DNA of 64,000 bases from Candidatus Poribacteria bacterium (GCA_963667365.1 OY763324.1:534433-598432), one strand, 5' to 3'. Positions 20,645 through 31,659 are shown, numbered from the stretch's first letter. Numbers and translations: made by a program. Notes: generated from the letters alone by a model not told the origin.

Positions 20645-22681
20645 ATGCAAACTCCAAAACCCTTCCCTTACAATGTTCTACCAGATGATACCACAGGAAA
20701 AACATGGGCATTACCGGATGGTGCAATAATCCGATTGGGTAAAGGGTACCAAGACTCACAAAGGGTTAATATAGCACTTTCTCCGGATAGTACATATTTC
20801 GCGGTTGGAACTCGCATGGGACTGTGGTGGTATGACGTATCCTCAATGTCCCCTATAGCACTGTGGGAAACGGAACGCGGAATGATCTCTGTCATAGATA
20901 TTTCACCTGACGGTAAACTGATCGCTTATGCCAATTGGGACGGTTTCACTAAAGTACGGGACATTCAGAGTGGTGAATGTATAACCCAGATAAAACTGAC
21001 AGAAGAACATTTCGTTTGTAGAAATTTAACATTTTCTCCAGATAGTTGTTGCATTGCCATCGTAAATAAGGATGGTAATGTTGAAGTGTTAGATGTTCAA
21101 AGCGGTGAATACATCACCCAAATAGAGCAACAATTAAACGAAGATCAAAAATATCATATCTCCAAACTGGAATTTTCACCGGATGGACAACACCTCGCAA
21201 CCAGATTAGGGAAACAAATTTATGTGTGGAACAGATTGACAGGATCACTAACCGCTAAGTTTACAGGATGGAATTTCGTGTTTTCCCCAAATAGTCACTT
21301 GTTGACCTGTGTGAATACTAATAGAATACCTAATACCACACCCGTTCAAGGTGTTAGTGATATTTCGGTGTGGGATATAGCAACAGGTGAACACGTCGCT
21401 CACTTTACGGAACATAAGGAAGTGGTAACGACTGTCAGATTTTCACCGAATGGTCAACTCATTGCCTCAAGTGATAGAAAGAGTATACTACACGTATGGA
21501 ATCCAACCGAAGGTTTACTGAAAGAAACTTATACTGATTATGAAAAGTCAGCGATTCGACCTGAGTATTTGTCGGATGGAACGCTACTTGTTACCGTGTT
21601 TAACCGTGAAACGGTTGAGATGTGGAACGTGGAACAGCAGGAAAAACTATGGACTCATGAACGGAAAAATGAAAGTATTGGTGATAAATGGTTTTCCAGA
21701 TACCCAAACTTGTTGATTGCCCATGCTCTGTCTGACAACCTAAATTCAACAAACAAGACACAATCCTTTCCAACACTTGAAGAATCTGACGGTTATCTAT
21801 ATCCGGGGCTATTTTCTCCTAATGGAGAGACACTTGCCAGCAGAGGACATAATAATGGTATTGTGTTATGGGATGTTGAACGAAAGCAGGAACAAGAACT
21901 AATATTCAAAGAAAAATCTGTTGGGGCATTAGCTTTTTTACCTGATGAAAATATACTTGTCATAAAAAGGGATCAAGATGATTATACGGTATCGGAGATT
22001 AGTAAAACAGATGAAGTTGTAATCGGTAAATTCACACTTCCTTCGTTGGAACGGCATACAGCCGCATTTTCAGGTTGTCGATTTGCTATTGGAGGTAAAG
22101 GTGGTAATCTATATCTGTGTGATCCAAAGCACAGTGAAAAACCGAGATCCTTCATAGGACATACGGAACACATCTGGTCATTGGCATTTTCACCAGATGG
22201 AAAAAGATTAGCAAGTGGGTCAAGTGATAAAACTGCAAGGATTTGGGAGGTTGAGACAAGTAAAGAAATAGCCACGTTGCCTTTAGATACACCGCGCACC
22301 ACGAACGCATTGACAATTTCACCATGCGGCAATGTAATTGCAGGTGGTATGTTGGGTGAAATCCGCTTTTGGTGTGCTGAAAATTTTAAACTGATACACT
22401 CAATTCCACAGCCTGAGGACAGTCCAAGTCCCTATGCGCTTGCCTTTTCACCTTGTGGAAGTTTTCTTGCATCAGGAACTTGGCGGAAAAGTGGGATGCA
22501 GAAAATGGCAATCCGTTTATGGGATGTTGCTACCGGTAAAAATATCCATACCTTCTGGGGACATCCGACTGACGTGCAAACACTTGATTTTTCACCAGAT
22601 GGCACACTATTAGCAAGTGGTAGTTTTGATGGCACTATCCTACTATGGGATGTGAACCCTTTTATTCGTTCTCAAGACTAA
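20645..22681 (+). CDS. WD40 repeat protein (two beta-propellers)
   Basis: Repeated xFSPDG...SGSxDxTxxxWD units; start moved to MQTPKP to match its paralog. Confidence 0.9.
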   Translation: MQTPKPFPYNVLPDDTTGKTWALPDGAIIRLGKGYQDSQRVNIALSPDSTYFAVGTRMGLWWYDVSSMSPIALWETERGMISVIDISPDGKLIAYANWDGFTKVRDIQSGECITQIKLTEEHFVCRNLTFSPDSCCIAIVNKDGNVEVLDVQSGEYITQIEQQLNEDQKYHISKLEFSPDGQHLATRLGKQIYVWNRLTGSLTAKFTGWNFVFSPNSHLLTCVNTNRIPNTTPVQGVSDISVWDIATGEHVAHFTEHKEVVTTVRFSPNGQLIASSDRKSILHVWNPTEGLLKETYTDYEKSAIRPEYLSDGTLLVTVFNRETVEMWNVEQQEKLWTHERKNESIGDKWFSRYPNLLIAHALSDNLNSTNKTQSFPTLEESDGYLYPGLFSPNGETLASRGHNNGIVLWDVERKQEQELIFKEKSVGALAFLPDENILVIKRDQDDYTVSEISKTDEVVIGKFTLPSLERHTAAFSGCRFAIGGKGGNLYLCDPKHSEKPRSFIGHTEHIWSLAFSPDGKRLASGSSDKTARIWEVETSKEIATLPLDTPRTTNALTISPCGNVIAGGMLGEIRFWCAENFKLIHSIPQPEDSPSPYALAFSPCGSFLASGTWRKSGMQKMAIRLWDVATGKNIHTFWGHPTDVQTLDFSPDGTLLASGSFDGTILLWDVNPFIRSQD

Positions 22682-22716
22682 CAGCCACTGGTGCAAACTT
22701 ATAAAGGAATGACACA

Positions 22717-24816
22717 ATGCAAACACCAAAACCTGCACTTTTCAATGTTGTACAGGGTGACCCTACAGGAGCAACTTGGGCTTTACCGGAAGGGGCAATC
22801 GTCCGATTTGGAAATGGTAGCGGGGATGAGGGAGATGTTAAAGTGTCTCCAGATGGCACGTTTTTCGCCGCTGGAACGCTGATGGGACTGTGGTGGTATG
22901 ACGTATCCTCAATGTCTCCGATTTCATTGTGGGAAACGGAAAGGGGATTGGTTAATTCCATCGATTTTTCTCATGATGGCAAATGGATTATCATCAATAC
23001 TTCGGATGAAGTCATTAAAGTGTTGGATGTTCAAAGTGGAGAGTGTATCACGCAGATGGCGGGTTTAGACGCTTTTGGTGGACTTGCCTGTTCGTCGAAC
23101 GGTAGGTGGATTGCTATTGCAGCGATGAATGGGGTTGTGAAGGTATTAGATATCCATAGTGGTGAGTGCATTGCACAGATGGATCGAGGCGCGCACGAAG
23201 TCCAATCGAATGATATTCACCAACTCGAATTTTCACCCGATGGCAAACTCCTTGCTGCTACAGCGGGCAATCCCAAAATTTATTCAAACGATGGTAAAAT
23301 CTTGAATCCCGACTCAGAAGGCAGGCAAACTTACGTGTGGCATCCAGAGACGGGTGAGGTAATCGTCAAGTTTGCGGGTAGAAATTTTGTCTTTTCTCCA
23401 GACTGCAGTCTGTTGGCGGGTGCAGCTGCTGACGAAACGCTTGGTAGTACCGATCGCGTTGACCATTGCGTTTCAATATGGGACGTAACAACCGGTGAGC
23501 GGACCTTACACTTCCCGGAGCATACGGATTGGGTAGATGATATAACCTTTTCACCGTGTGGTGAGTTTCTGGTGTCAAGTAGTAGGGATAAAAGCCTACG
23601 CGTGTGGGACATTGCAAAGGGTGTGCAAAAGAAAGTTTATACTAACGCCGAAACAGATTGGGGACTTCCCTTCTACTCACCAGAAGGGGAGTTATTTACT
23701 GTTGTATTTCGCCATGAGAACGAGACTGTAGCCATTGACATCTGGGGGGTAGAACTCCATGAAAGAGTACAAACGATCGAATTCTTGGTAGGGAGTGTTG
23801 GTGCGAAGTGGTTTATCGAATGTACACAGTTGGCTATCACCTACGCTCTGTCCAGCAAGCAAACAGATGGCAAGACCCAAACATTACCAACACTGCGTGA
23901 ACCTCATTTTCCGTGGCCCTATCCGAAAGTAGCTTGGTTGGATAACCAAACGCTCGTAAGCACCCGCGATTACCCAGGTATTGAGTTATGGGATGTTATC
24001 AAGAAGTGTCCACGCGAAACATTGTTGAAGGATAAGTATATTCATACTTACACGATTTTGCCCTGCGGAAGGATACTGGCTACCAATCTCAGCAATGAGA
24101 CCAAAGTATGGGATACTGATAAACCCACTGAACCTATCGCTGAGTTCATAGCATCTAAGGAACCTTCAGAGTGGGTACGTCACGAGATATTCGCTCCTAC
24201 TGGTGATCGGATTGCAGCCGGAAGCAGAGAAGGCACGGTCTATGTATGGAACTTTCAGAACCCAGAAGAACCAATATTGCTCACTGGACATACGGATTAC
24301 GTTACATCACTGGAGTTTTCACTGGATGGTAAGCGGTTAGTGAGTGGAGCACGAGACGACACCACTCGCATGTGGGATGTTGAGTCAGGTGAACAAATTG
24401 CAACACTACCTCTGGATGAACCGCGCACGACTATGGGGATAACGTTCTCACCGTGTGGCAAGATAATTGCTGGTGGGATGGACGACGAAATTCGTTTTTG
24501 GTGTGCTGAGCAGCTGACGATGTTACGCACAATTCCGCAACCTGAGAACAGTCGACATACGTATGCGCTTACTTTTTCACCGTGTGGCAAGTATCTTGTA
24601 TCGGGTACTTGGTGGCAGCCGGGGATGGAGAAGATGGCAATCCGTTTATGGGATGTTGCTACCGCAGAGAATATCCATACCTTCTGGGGACATACAACCG
24701 ACGTTCAGTCCCTGGACTTCTCACCTGACGGCACGCTTCTGGCGAGTGGCGCGGATGATGGTACTATTCTGCTATGGGATTTAAAACCATTAATAGATAC
24801 GAAAAGATTTGTCTGA
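22717..24816 (+). CDS. WD40 repeat protein, tandem paralog
   Basis: Same architecture; shared MQTPKP start and C-terminal MEKMAIRLWDVAT...FWGHxTDVQxLDFSPDG. Confidence 0.9.
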   Translation: MQTPKPALFNVVQGDPTGATWALPEGAIVRFGNGSGDEGDVKVSPDGTFFAAGTLMGLWWYDVSSMSPISLWETERGLVNSIDFSHDGKWIIINTSDEVIKVLDVQSGECITQMAGLDAFGGLACSSNGRWIAIAAMNGVVKVLDIHSGECIAQMDRGAHEVQSNDIHQLEFSPDGKLLAATAGNPKIYSNDGKILNPDSEGRQTYVWHPETGEVIVKFAGRNFVFSPDCSLLAGAAADETLGSTDRVDHCVSIWDVTTGERTLHFPEHTDWVDDITFSPCGEFLVSSSRDKSLRVWDIAKGVQKKVYTNAETDWGLPFYSPEGELFTVVFRHENETVAIDIWGVELHERVQTIEFLVGSVGAKWFIECTQLAITYALSSKQTDGKTQTLPTLREPHFPWPYPKVAWLDNQTLVSTRDYPGIELWDVIKKCPRETLLKDKYIHTYTILPCGRILATNLSNETKVWDTDKPTEPIAEFIASKEPSEWVRHEIFAPTGDRIAAGSREGTVYVWNFQNPEEPILLTGHTDYVTSLEFSLDGKRLVSGARDDTTRMWDVESGEQIATLPLDEPRTTMGITFSPCGKIIAGGMDDEIRFWCAEQLTMLRTIPQPENSRHTYALTFSPCGKYLVSGTWWQPGMEKMAIRLWDVATAENIHTFWGHTTDVQSLDFSPDGTLLASGADDGTILLWDLKPLIDTKRFV

Positions 24817-24948
24817 ACAAATGAGCTGATTGCACTACTATTTCATGGAAATGTTTGCAGGTATTTTGGATGGGAATTTATACTTTGGACATGTTATTAT
24901 CTTTATATCACATTCGCGTACATATTACTATACAGGAAACTTCTCTTT

Positions 24949-26103
24949 ATGATTATCAATCGGCTGATTGCTAAAAACTGGCGAAATTTTCAACAAATTG
25001 ATGTTCCACTTAGGGAACGGCAGTTTATTGTCGGTCCAAATGCTTCTGGTAAATCAAACCTTCTTGATATTTTTCGTTTTCTTCGAGATATTGTTAAAAT
25101 GGAGGGCGGAGGATTTCAGAAAGCAGTTAAAGATCGGGGTGGTGTATCTAGAATTCGGTGTTTAGCAGCAAGACGTGATCCTAAAGTTGCGATTGAGATC
25201 CACATGGCGGAAACCACAGATACCCCTACAACTTGGAGATATGCCTTAGGATTTAGCCAAGAGCCGCGTGGATACCGTCGAAATCTTCTGACACATGAAT
25301 TGATCTGGAAAGGAGGTAAACAACTTCTGAATAGGCCAGATGAAGATGACAAGAAGGATCCTGATCGTCTCACTCAAACCTTCCTTGAACAAGTCAATAT
25401 GAATGCCAAGTTTAGAGAGATTGCACAGTTCATAAGAAATGTCACCTATCTACATCTTGTTCCACAACTTCTTCGTTATGCGGATTCAATTCAAGGAAGA
25501 ATTGTTGAAGAAGATCCTTTTGGGCAAGGTTTTCTTGAAAGGGTTGCCAGTGTTACTGAACGTACCCGCCGTTCTCGTCTGAAAAAAATAGAATCTGCAC
25601 TTAAAATTGCTGTTCCGCAATTTGAGCAATTGGAATTTATTCGTGACGAAAATACGGGACGTCCCCATTTACGAGCACTCTATTCGCATTGGAGATCTCA
25701 AGGGATTTGGCAACAAGAAGATCAATTTTCTGATGGTACACTCCGACTCGTGGGGCTTTTGTGGTCACTACTTGAAAGCGACTCAGTTCTTTTATTAGAA
25801 GAACCAGAACTTTCCTTGAACGCTGGAATTGTGTCACAACTCGCTCCGCTGATTTCCAGGATGCAAAGAAGTAGAAAATCTCAGGTACTAGTTAGTACAC
25901 ACAGTGATGCACTTCTTAAAGAACGAGGTATTGATAGCAGGGAAGTCCTTCTCCTTCTACCTGCCAAAGAAGGCACAGCAGTTAATCCAGCCTCTGATAT
26001 AGACGAAATTCCTCCACTTCTTGAGAATGGGTTTACTATTGGTGAAGTTGTGTTTTCACGAACTAGACCAGAAAATGCTGAACAATTGAGTTTATTTGAA
26101 TGA
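24949..26103 (+). CDS. ABC-type ATPase (AAA_21/AAA_15-like)
   Basis: Walker A GPNASGKS, signature FSDGTLR, Walker B/D-loop LLLEEPE, H-loop STHS; no TM segments. Confidence 0.88.
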   Translation: MIINRLIAKNWRNFQQIDVPLRERQFIVGPNASGKSNLLDIFRFLRDIVKMEGGGFQKAVKDRGGVSRIRCLAARRDPKVAIEIHMAETTDTPTTWRYALGFSQEPRGYRRNLLTHELIWKGGKQLLNRPDEDDKKDPDRLTQTFLEQVNMNAKFREIAQFIRNVTYLHLVPQLLRYADSIQGRIVEEDPFGQGFLERVASVTERTRRSRLKKIESALKIAVPQFEQLEFIRDENTGRPHLRALYSHWRSQGIWQQEDQFSDGTLRLVGLLWSLLESDSVLLLEEPELSLNAGIVSQLAPLISRMQRSRKSQVLVSTHSDALLKERGIDSREVLLLLPAKEGTAVNPASDIDEIPPLLENGFTIGEVVFSRTRPENAEQLSLFE

Positions 26104-26696
26104 AATTAGAGAGTGTAATTCTTGCTGTAGAGGATGAACTTAGCGAGGCAATCTCGACTAAGATTTTAAATAGTTTTGCTATCAAAGTCACGATAACGCT
26201 AAAAGATGGTGGAAATGCTTATCTTCGAGAAAAAGCCTCAGAACTCAATAGAGCCGCTAATAAGTTAGATATTTTTTTATTGACTGATTTAGATTCGCCA
26301 AAAAATTGTCCTTTAGGACTCATTCACTCTTGGATTAAAGGTCCTCTCAGTCCAAGATTTATGCTTCGCGTGGCAATTATGGAGGTTGAGTCTTGGCTGA
26401 TGGCAGATAGAGTAGGGTTTGCAAACTTTCTATCAATCCCTATACATCGTATACCGACTGTAACAGATGATATTCGCAATCCAAAAGAATTCCTTGTCTC
26501 GCTTGCAAGATTGAGTAAAAAAAGAAAGTTGCGAGATGAACTGATACCGCAACAAGGATCAAGAATTCCAATAGGGTATGGCTATAATACCCGATTAAGA
26601 GCATTTGTCCAAGACCATTGGGATTTAGAACGTGCTGCCACCGTTTCCCCAAGTCTAAAACGCACATTAGACCGAATCAGAATTGTAAGAGACTAA
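26100..26696 (+). CDS. DUF4276-like TOPRIM-fold protein
   Basis: LAVED (first-strand Glu), LTDLD (DxD), EVESWL; 4-bp ATGA overlap with the ATPase. Confidence 0.7.
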   Translation: MKLESVILAVEDELSEAISTKILNSFAIKVTITLKDGGNAYLREKASELNRAANKLDIFLLTDLDSPKNCPLGLIHSWIKGPLSPRFMLRVAIMEVESWLMADRVGFANFLSIPIHRIPTVTDDIRNPKEFLVSLARLSKKRKLRDELIPQQGSRIPIGYGYNTRLRAFVQDHWDLERAATVSPSLKRTLDRIRIVRD

Positions 26697-26699
26697 CCT

Positions 26700-26996
26700 G
26701 TGAACAAAAGATTTCAACGTCACATCGAAGATTTTACTTGTGAAAATTGCGGGGTTTTTGTGAAGGGAGATGGTTATACAAATCACTGTCCAGAATGTCT
26801 CTGGAGTCAGCATGTAGATATCAATCCGGGTGATCGTGCTGAGGTTTGTAAAGGCTTGATGGAACCAGTGAGTTGTACAATGAAACGAGGAGATTATATA
26901 CTCGTCCACCGCTGCACCGTCTGTGGGATAATAAAAAAAAATAAAACCTCAAGAAACGACAAGTTTGATACCATACTTAGTTTACAAGGAGAATAA
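26700..26996 (+). CDS. RNHCP domain zinc-binding protein
   Basis: FTCENCG...TNHCPECLWSQHVD..PGDR...C.G.MEP...HRCTVCG. Confidence 0.85.
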   Translation: MNKRFQRHIEDFTCENCGVFVKGDGYTNHCPECLWSQHVDINPGDRAEVCKGLMEPVSCTMKRGDYILVHRCTVCGIIKKNKTSRNDKFDTILSLQGE

Positions 26997-26997
26997 A

Positions 26998-27891
26998 ATG
27001 GGTACAAAAGGAATAATTGCGATTACATCTATTGTCATAGCTGCTGTTGCAGCGGTTGTGTTAGGAATTCTGTTGTATACAACTTCTGATGAACTCAAAC
27101 AGACACAGGCAGAACTGTCTACTACCAAAACGACATTGAAGACGACTGAGACAGCGAAAACCGATTTAGAAAATAAGTTAGCTAAATCTGAGAAGACACT
27201 CAAAGAAACGCAGACAGAACTCACTCAAACAAAAGAGATATTGGAAAATGCAAGTGAAGCCGCTCGGAAGATCGCTGCTGATCGCAACAAACTCCAACAG
27301 GACAAAAGTAAGCTTGAAAGTGAAAAGGAGAGTCTCCGATCAAAACTGACCGAGATTGAATCGGAATTGCAGCGGATTAGAGAGCAATCACAACGTTCAA
27401 TTACCGCAATTCAGGAAAGGTTTAAAGATACAGTCGGTGCTGTGTTGGATGAAGCAGGACGGTTGACACTTGATGTGAAAGGCAAAATTCTGTTCGAAAC
27501 AGGTAGTGCGACTCTTAGTAAAGACGGGAAAGCACTACTTGATGCAATTGCAGAAGAGGTGTTGCTAAACGAAGATTATTCAGATTATGGTATCCGCATT
27601 GAAGGACATACAGACAATAACCCTATTGCAGGAGACGCGCTTCGGAACTGGGACCTCTCTACAGACCGATCTATTTCTGCGGTGAAGTATTTACAAGAAA
27701 ATGCTGGTATTGATCCTGAGCGTTTGTCGGGGACAGGATATGCGTTTTATCAACCGATAGATGTAGCCGAGACAGCGGAAGCGAAGGCGAAAAATCGCAG
27801 GATTGAGATTGTCCTTGTGCCACCGCAAGATTTCTTACCAGAGTTGCTCAAATCGCTGCAAAATGTAGTGGAATCTATTGAGGAAAAGTAA
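26998..27891 (+). CDS. OmpA/MotB-like peptidoglycan-binding protein with N-terminal TM anchor and coiled coil
   Basis: Single TM, long heptad region, then LFETGSA, IEGHTD, NWDLSTDR, NRRIEI. Confidence 0.88.
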   Translation: MGTKGIIAITSIVIAAVAAVVLGILLYTTSDELKQTQAELSTTKTTLKTTETAKTDLENKLAKSEKTLKETQTELTQTKEILENASEAARKIAADRNKLQQDKSKLESEKESLRSKLTEIESELQRIREQSQRSITAIQERFKDTVGAVLDEAGRLTLDVKGKILFETGSATLSKDGKALLDAIAEEVLLNEDYSDYGIRIEGHTDNNPIAGDALRNWDLSTDRSISAVKYLQENAGIDPERLSGTGYAFYQPIDVAETAEAKAKNRRIEIVLVPPQDFLPELLKSLQNVVESIEEK

Positions 27892-27912
27892 AGGATACAT
27901 TTATATTTTAGG

Positions 27913-28725
27913 TTACTCTTCTTCTTTTGCTGGTTCGCGCTTTGCTTGACTTGCGAGTTTTGCAGCTTGCCGTGCAAGTCGTTTTGCCCCATCAATCTGT
28001 TCCATCATTTGTGCATTTGACCACGAGATTGAGACAAGATAACGGATATCATCAGGTTTATTCAACGTCTCAACTCCGAGTGCTATTTGGAGACCACTGT
28101 CAGCAGTATGCCGGATTCCAGTATTCACACCCTCCCCATCAAATTCCAAACTCAGTGAGATATCTCCCCTTGCAAAAGTTGGGTTAAATTCCGTGCTAAC
28201 ACCTGCGAATAATCCGAGAGGACGTTCATCAAACGCGAAGCGGTTATTGCCGACACCGATATGTCCTGATACAAGATGGATTCGTGGTAGATTAAAAGTT
28301 TTGCTGATAACGAAATATGCGGAATTAGCATGATAGGTATTCCACCGTTGTATCACATTATCTCCGAGATTGTCAATACCGATTGCGACATACGGTAATT
28401 TCCCGGATTCATTTAACAGTTGTGCTTTTACGTGTCCCAAAAAGGAGCGTGAGGCATCATTATCCTGCGGCAATATGTGTGATGCACCAAATTCAATTCT
28501 ATCAAACATCCCAAAGTTGACACGGAAAGCAACAGGAAACCGTTTAAAATGTGTGGTATTTTGGAAAGGAGCATATACGCCTACTCCGAATATGCCGTGT
28601 TTCAGCACCTTGCCTGATGGTATATCCACTAAACCACTATCTAAGAATATTTCACTCTTAACTTGACCAGAGAAGGTTAGGATTGCAACAAGTAAAATAC
28701 AGAAAAAATGCAGATACTTGACCAT
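27913..28725 (-). CDS. Exported YjbH-like outer-membrane beta protein
   Basis: Signal peptide; 'GLVDIPSG', alternating beta-strand pattern, GHIGVGN; similarity judged by eye. Confidence 0.5.
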   Translation of the reverse strand: MVKYLHFFCILLVAILTFSGQVKSEIFLDSGLVDIPSGKVLKHGIFGVGVYAPFQNTTHFKRFPVAFRVNFGMFDRIEFGASHILPQDNDASRSFLGHVKAQLLNESGKLPYVAIGIDNLGDNVIQRWNTYHANSAYFVISKTFNLPRIHLVSGHIGVGNNRFAFDERPLGLFAGVSTEFNPTFARGDISLSLEFDGEGVNTGIRHTADSGLQIALGVETLNKPDDIRYLVSISWSNAQMMEQIDGAKRLARQAAKLASQAKREPAKEEE

Positions 28726-28730
28726 TTATG

Positions 28731-29405
28731 TTACTCCATATATTTTAAACCGTGCATTGTGCCAATAATCACTCTATCCGCACGATTAACAAAAATCCCA
28801 TTCTCAACTACACCAGGGATATTGTTCAGTTGTAACTCAATCTTCTCAGGTTCAGCAATTCCATCAAAGTTGCAGTCTAAAATATAATTTCCGTTGTCGG
28901 TAATCAATGGGTTTTCAGTTCCACCTCGTAGTTCTGATTGACCACACACTTCATCAACGACACATTTTGTTGCTTCCCATCCGAATTGGACGATCTCCAC
29001 AGGTAGTGCGAACGAAGTGCCGAGAACATGGGAAACCTTGCTTTCATCAACGACAATTACGATTCGTTTTGAGGCATTGGCGATAATCTTTTCTCTGACT
29101 AAGGCTGCGCCTCCACCTTTAATTAAGTTGAGGTGTGTATCGACCTCATCGGCACCATCAATTGTTAATTCTATTGAGGGATGTGCTGCAAGTGTTGATA
29201 GAGGAATATCCTGTTCTCGGGCTATTTTCTCTGTCCCCGAGGATGTAGGAATTCCAATGATATTGAGTCCGTTACGAACCATCACTCCGATTTTCAACAA
29301 GGCATAGTAGACGGTAGAACCAGTGCCTAATCCGAGTACCATGCCCTCACGAATCTCTTCTGTGGCTTTTTCTGCTGCAATCTTTTTTAAGTGTTCTATC
29401 TTCAT
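28731..29405 (-). CDS. rpiA: Ribose-5-phosphate isomerase A
   Basis: GLGTGST, DGADE, IKGGGAAL.REK, ITDNGN, PGVVENG. Confidence 0.95.
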   Translation of the reverse strand: MKIEHLKKIAAEKATEEIREGMVLGLGTGSTVYYALLKIGVMVRNGLNIIGIPTSSGTEKIAREQDIPLSTLAAHPSIELTIDGADEVDTHLNLIKGGGAALVREKIIANASKRIVIVVDESKVSHVLGTSFALPVEIVQFGWEATKCVVDEVCGQSELRGGTENPLITDNGNYILDCNFDGIAEPEKIELQLNNIPGVVENGIFVNRADRVIIGTMHGLKYME

Positions 29406-30376
29406 AGTTCTATCCGTCTATTTTTATGTATTGATTGTGCTGAGGCAAGACTTATGCGGATTGCTGAAAGTGCTACATCAGTATCTGCGAAACAGGGTTC
29501 TTGCTGATTTGCGTTTAGAATTTCGGATAACCAGAGATCTTGAAGTGTGGGTTGAGGAGTTTTTTGGATTGCCAAATTTGTAACTTCCGTTGGTGTAGAA
29601 CAGTTCCATCCGTGTCCATCATTGCTTAATGTTCCTTCTGTAAGAACATACCGTTCATGCTGTTCAGCGGTGTTGATAGCGATACCACCTGCCCAACTCC
29701 ATTGTCCAATACCTCCACGTCTAAACGCTACGGTGACACTATTAACAAAACGGTCATATTGTCCAGATTCAGTTAATCCCTCATAGCAAGCATCACCTTC
29801 TACCCATACAGCTTCACCGAATAGATCAACAATAGGGTATATATGGTAGATAAAGAAATGAGCGGGAGTTCCTGACACAGACAGATTGAACAGGATTTCT
29901 GGTCGTGCACCGCGTCCAGGAGTCAAGCGAATAAATGATGTGAGAAATAAATCCCCCAATTCACCTGTTTTTTGCTTGAGTGCAGTATGGGTATTAGATG
30001 CTACCTCTGGATGTGAAACACGGAGGACACGATGACGAGTTTTGGCGAGATGCAAGGCACTTTCACCTTCATCAACATCGTTTGCCAGAGGATATTCCAC
30101 AAAGACGTGTTTATCCGATTGCAACGCTGCAATCGCAATTTCCCCATGGCTGTTGTTATGTGTACAGATCACAACACCGTCTAAATCATCACGTTCTACG
30201 AGATGTTTCCAATCGGAAATAAATGTTGCAGTCCATTTAGCAGCGAGTTGATTACCTGTTTTCTCGTTTCTGGATGCGATGGCGACCACTTCGGCTGTTT
30301 CTATTGATGAAAATCGTTCAAGGTGGTGCCGCGCCATTCCCCCTGAACCGATAATACCGATTTTTATTTTCCTCAT
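29402..30376 (-). CDS. Gfo/Idh/MocA family oxidoreductase
   Basis: [19 protein letters not shown]; ATGA overlaps with both neighbours. Confidence 0.85.
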   Translation of the reverse strand: MRKIKIGIIGSGGMARHHLERFSSIETAEVVAIASRNEKTGNQLAAKWTATFISDWKHLVERDDLDGVVICTHNNSHGEIAIAALQSDKHVFVEYPLANDVDEGESALHLAKTRHRVLRVSHPEVASNTHTALKQKTGELGDLFLTSFIRLTPGRGARPEILFNLSVSGTPAHFFIYHIYPIVDLFGEAVWVEGDACYEGLTESGQYDRFVNSVTVAFRRGGIGQWSWAGGIAINTAEQHERYVLTEGTLSNDGHGWNCSTPTEVTNLAIQKTPQPTLQDLWLSEILNANQQEPCFADTDVALSAIRISLASAQSIHKNRRIEL

Positions 30377-31590
30377 GCCCATCCTTGACTTTCGCCACCG
30401 ACCCGTGCTTTACTAATCTTCTCGTAGTAGCCACTTTTCCGATATGCTGTCAATGGATGTGGGTCTCGTCCCATCTCTAAACGCACCCGTTCAAGAAGTG
30501 GGTTCACATCTGTTTCAAATGCACGTTGGAGTATACTTTCTGCTTCAACAAGGTCTGCGGAATCTTGTGCTTCAGTCAATGCCTGTCGGTCTACTAATAG
30601 TGCTTTTGCGTAAGCTTTTTGTAGGTTGCACACAGATTGGATACTCGCCTCGACCTTTGGTTTCAAATTATGACTCTGGTCAATCATATATGCAATATCA
30701 GTTTCCGTATCCGGATCAAGTTCTGCAGCAACAAGTTCAGTATAGATTAGGAAGAGTTCTTGTGGGTTAATAGATCCAACCGTCAGATCATCGTCAGCGT
30801 ATTTCCGGCAGTTGAAGTGGAATCCACCGAGTTTGCCTTCATCGATGAGGTATGCCACTATAAACTCAATATTGGTTCCTTGGGGATGATGTCCGAGATC
30901 GACGAGGACTTGTGCTTTCGGTCCAAGTTTCGTAGCCATCAGGTAAGCGGTGCCCCAATCGGCTAAATCGGTATGATAAAATGCTGGTTCAAAGAACTTA
31001 TATTCAATCAACATACGTGTGGCTTCAGGGAGTGCGTTGTATACCTCACTCAACGCTTCAGTCATCCACTGCTTACGTTTTCGGAAATTGGCTTGACCGG
31101 GAAAGTTTGTGCCATCTGCAAACCACAAACTGAGCAGATCTGATCCTGTTTTTTCCATAATGTCTACACACTCTAACATGTGATCAATTGCGAGTCGGCG
31201 TATTTCTGCATTCGGGTTGCATACGCTACCGAGTTTATAGACTTGATCTTGAAAAACGTTCGGGTTAATCGCACCGATGCCAATTCCGACATCCGCAGCG
31301 TATTGTTTCAATGCACCCCAGTCGTTTGTCTTATCCCATGGAATGTGTAGTGCCACGGTTGGAGCAACGCCAGTGAATCGGTGGACGGTGGCTGCATCTT
31401 CTAACCGTTCGGCAGCATTTCTCGCTGCCCCAGGTTGTTCAAACACTCCGAATCGTGTGCCAGAATTACCATAACCCCAAGATGGTGTCTCAATATGTTG
31501 TTGTCTTAGGTGCGTCTTAACTTCCTCTATATGAATTCCCTGTATCTCTAATTTTTCAGCTAACAGGTTATATGCTGGACTGCTGCTCAT
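30373..31590 (-). CDS. rhaI: L-rhamnose isomerase (RhaI type)
   Basis: [40 protein letters not shown]. Confidence 0.85.
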   Translation of the reverse strand: MSSSPAYNLLAEKLEIQGIHIEEVKTHLRQQHIETPSWGYGNSGTRFGVFEQPGAARNAAERLEDAATVHRFTGVAPTVALHIPWDKTNDWGALKQYAADVGIGIGAINPNVFQDQVYKLGSVCNPNAEIRRLAIDHMLECVDIMEKTGSDLLSLWFADGTNFPGQANFRKRKQWMTEALSEVYNALPEATRMLIEYKFFEPAFYHTDLADWGTAYLMATKLGPKAQVLVDLGHHPQGTNIEFIVAYLIDEGKLGGFHFNCRKYADDDLTVGSINPQELFLIYTELVAAELDPDTETDIAYMIDQSHNLKPKVEASIQSVCNLQKAYAKALLVDRQALTEAQDSADLVEAESILQRAFETDVNPLLERVRLEMGRDPHPLTAYRKSGYYEKISKARVGGESQGWA

Positions 31591-31629
31591 ATATAATTAC
31601 TCCTGATTGCAGTACATAGTATGAAAATA

Positions 31630-31659
31630 ATTATACCATATTTTCAGTTTTTTAGTAAA
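31630..31659 (-). promoter_or_regulatory. Sigma70-like promoter with extended -10 (TGGTATAAT)
   Basis: Reverse complement of attatacca at 31630-31638; TTTACT -35 at an 18-bp spacer; upstream of rhaI. Confidence 0.55.

Noticed and set aside
26998-27891. Zorya defence system (ZorB-like MotB domain)
   Set aside because: No ZorA/MotA partner and no conserved TM Asp
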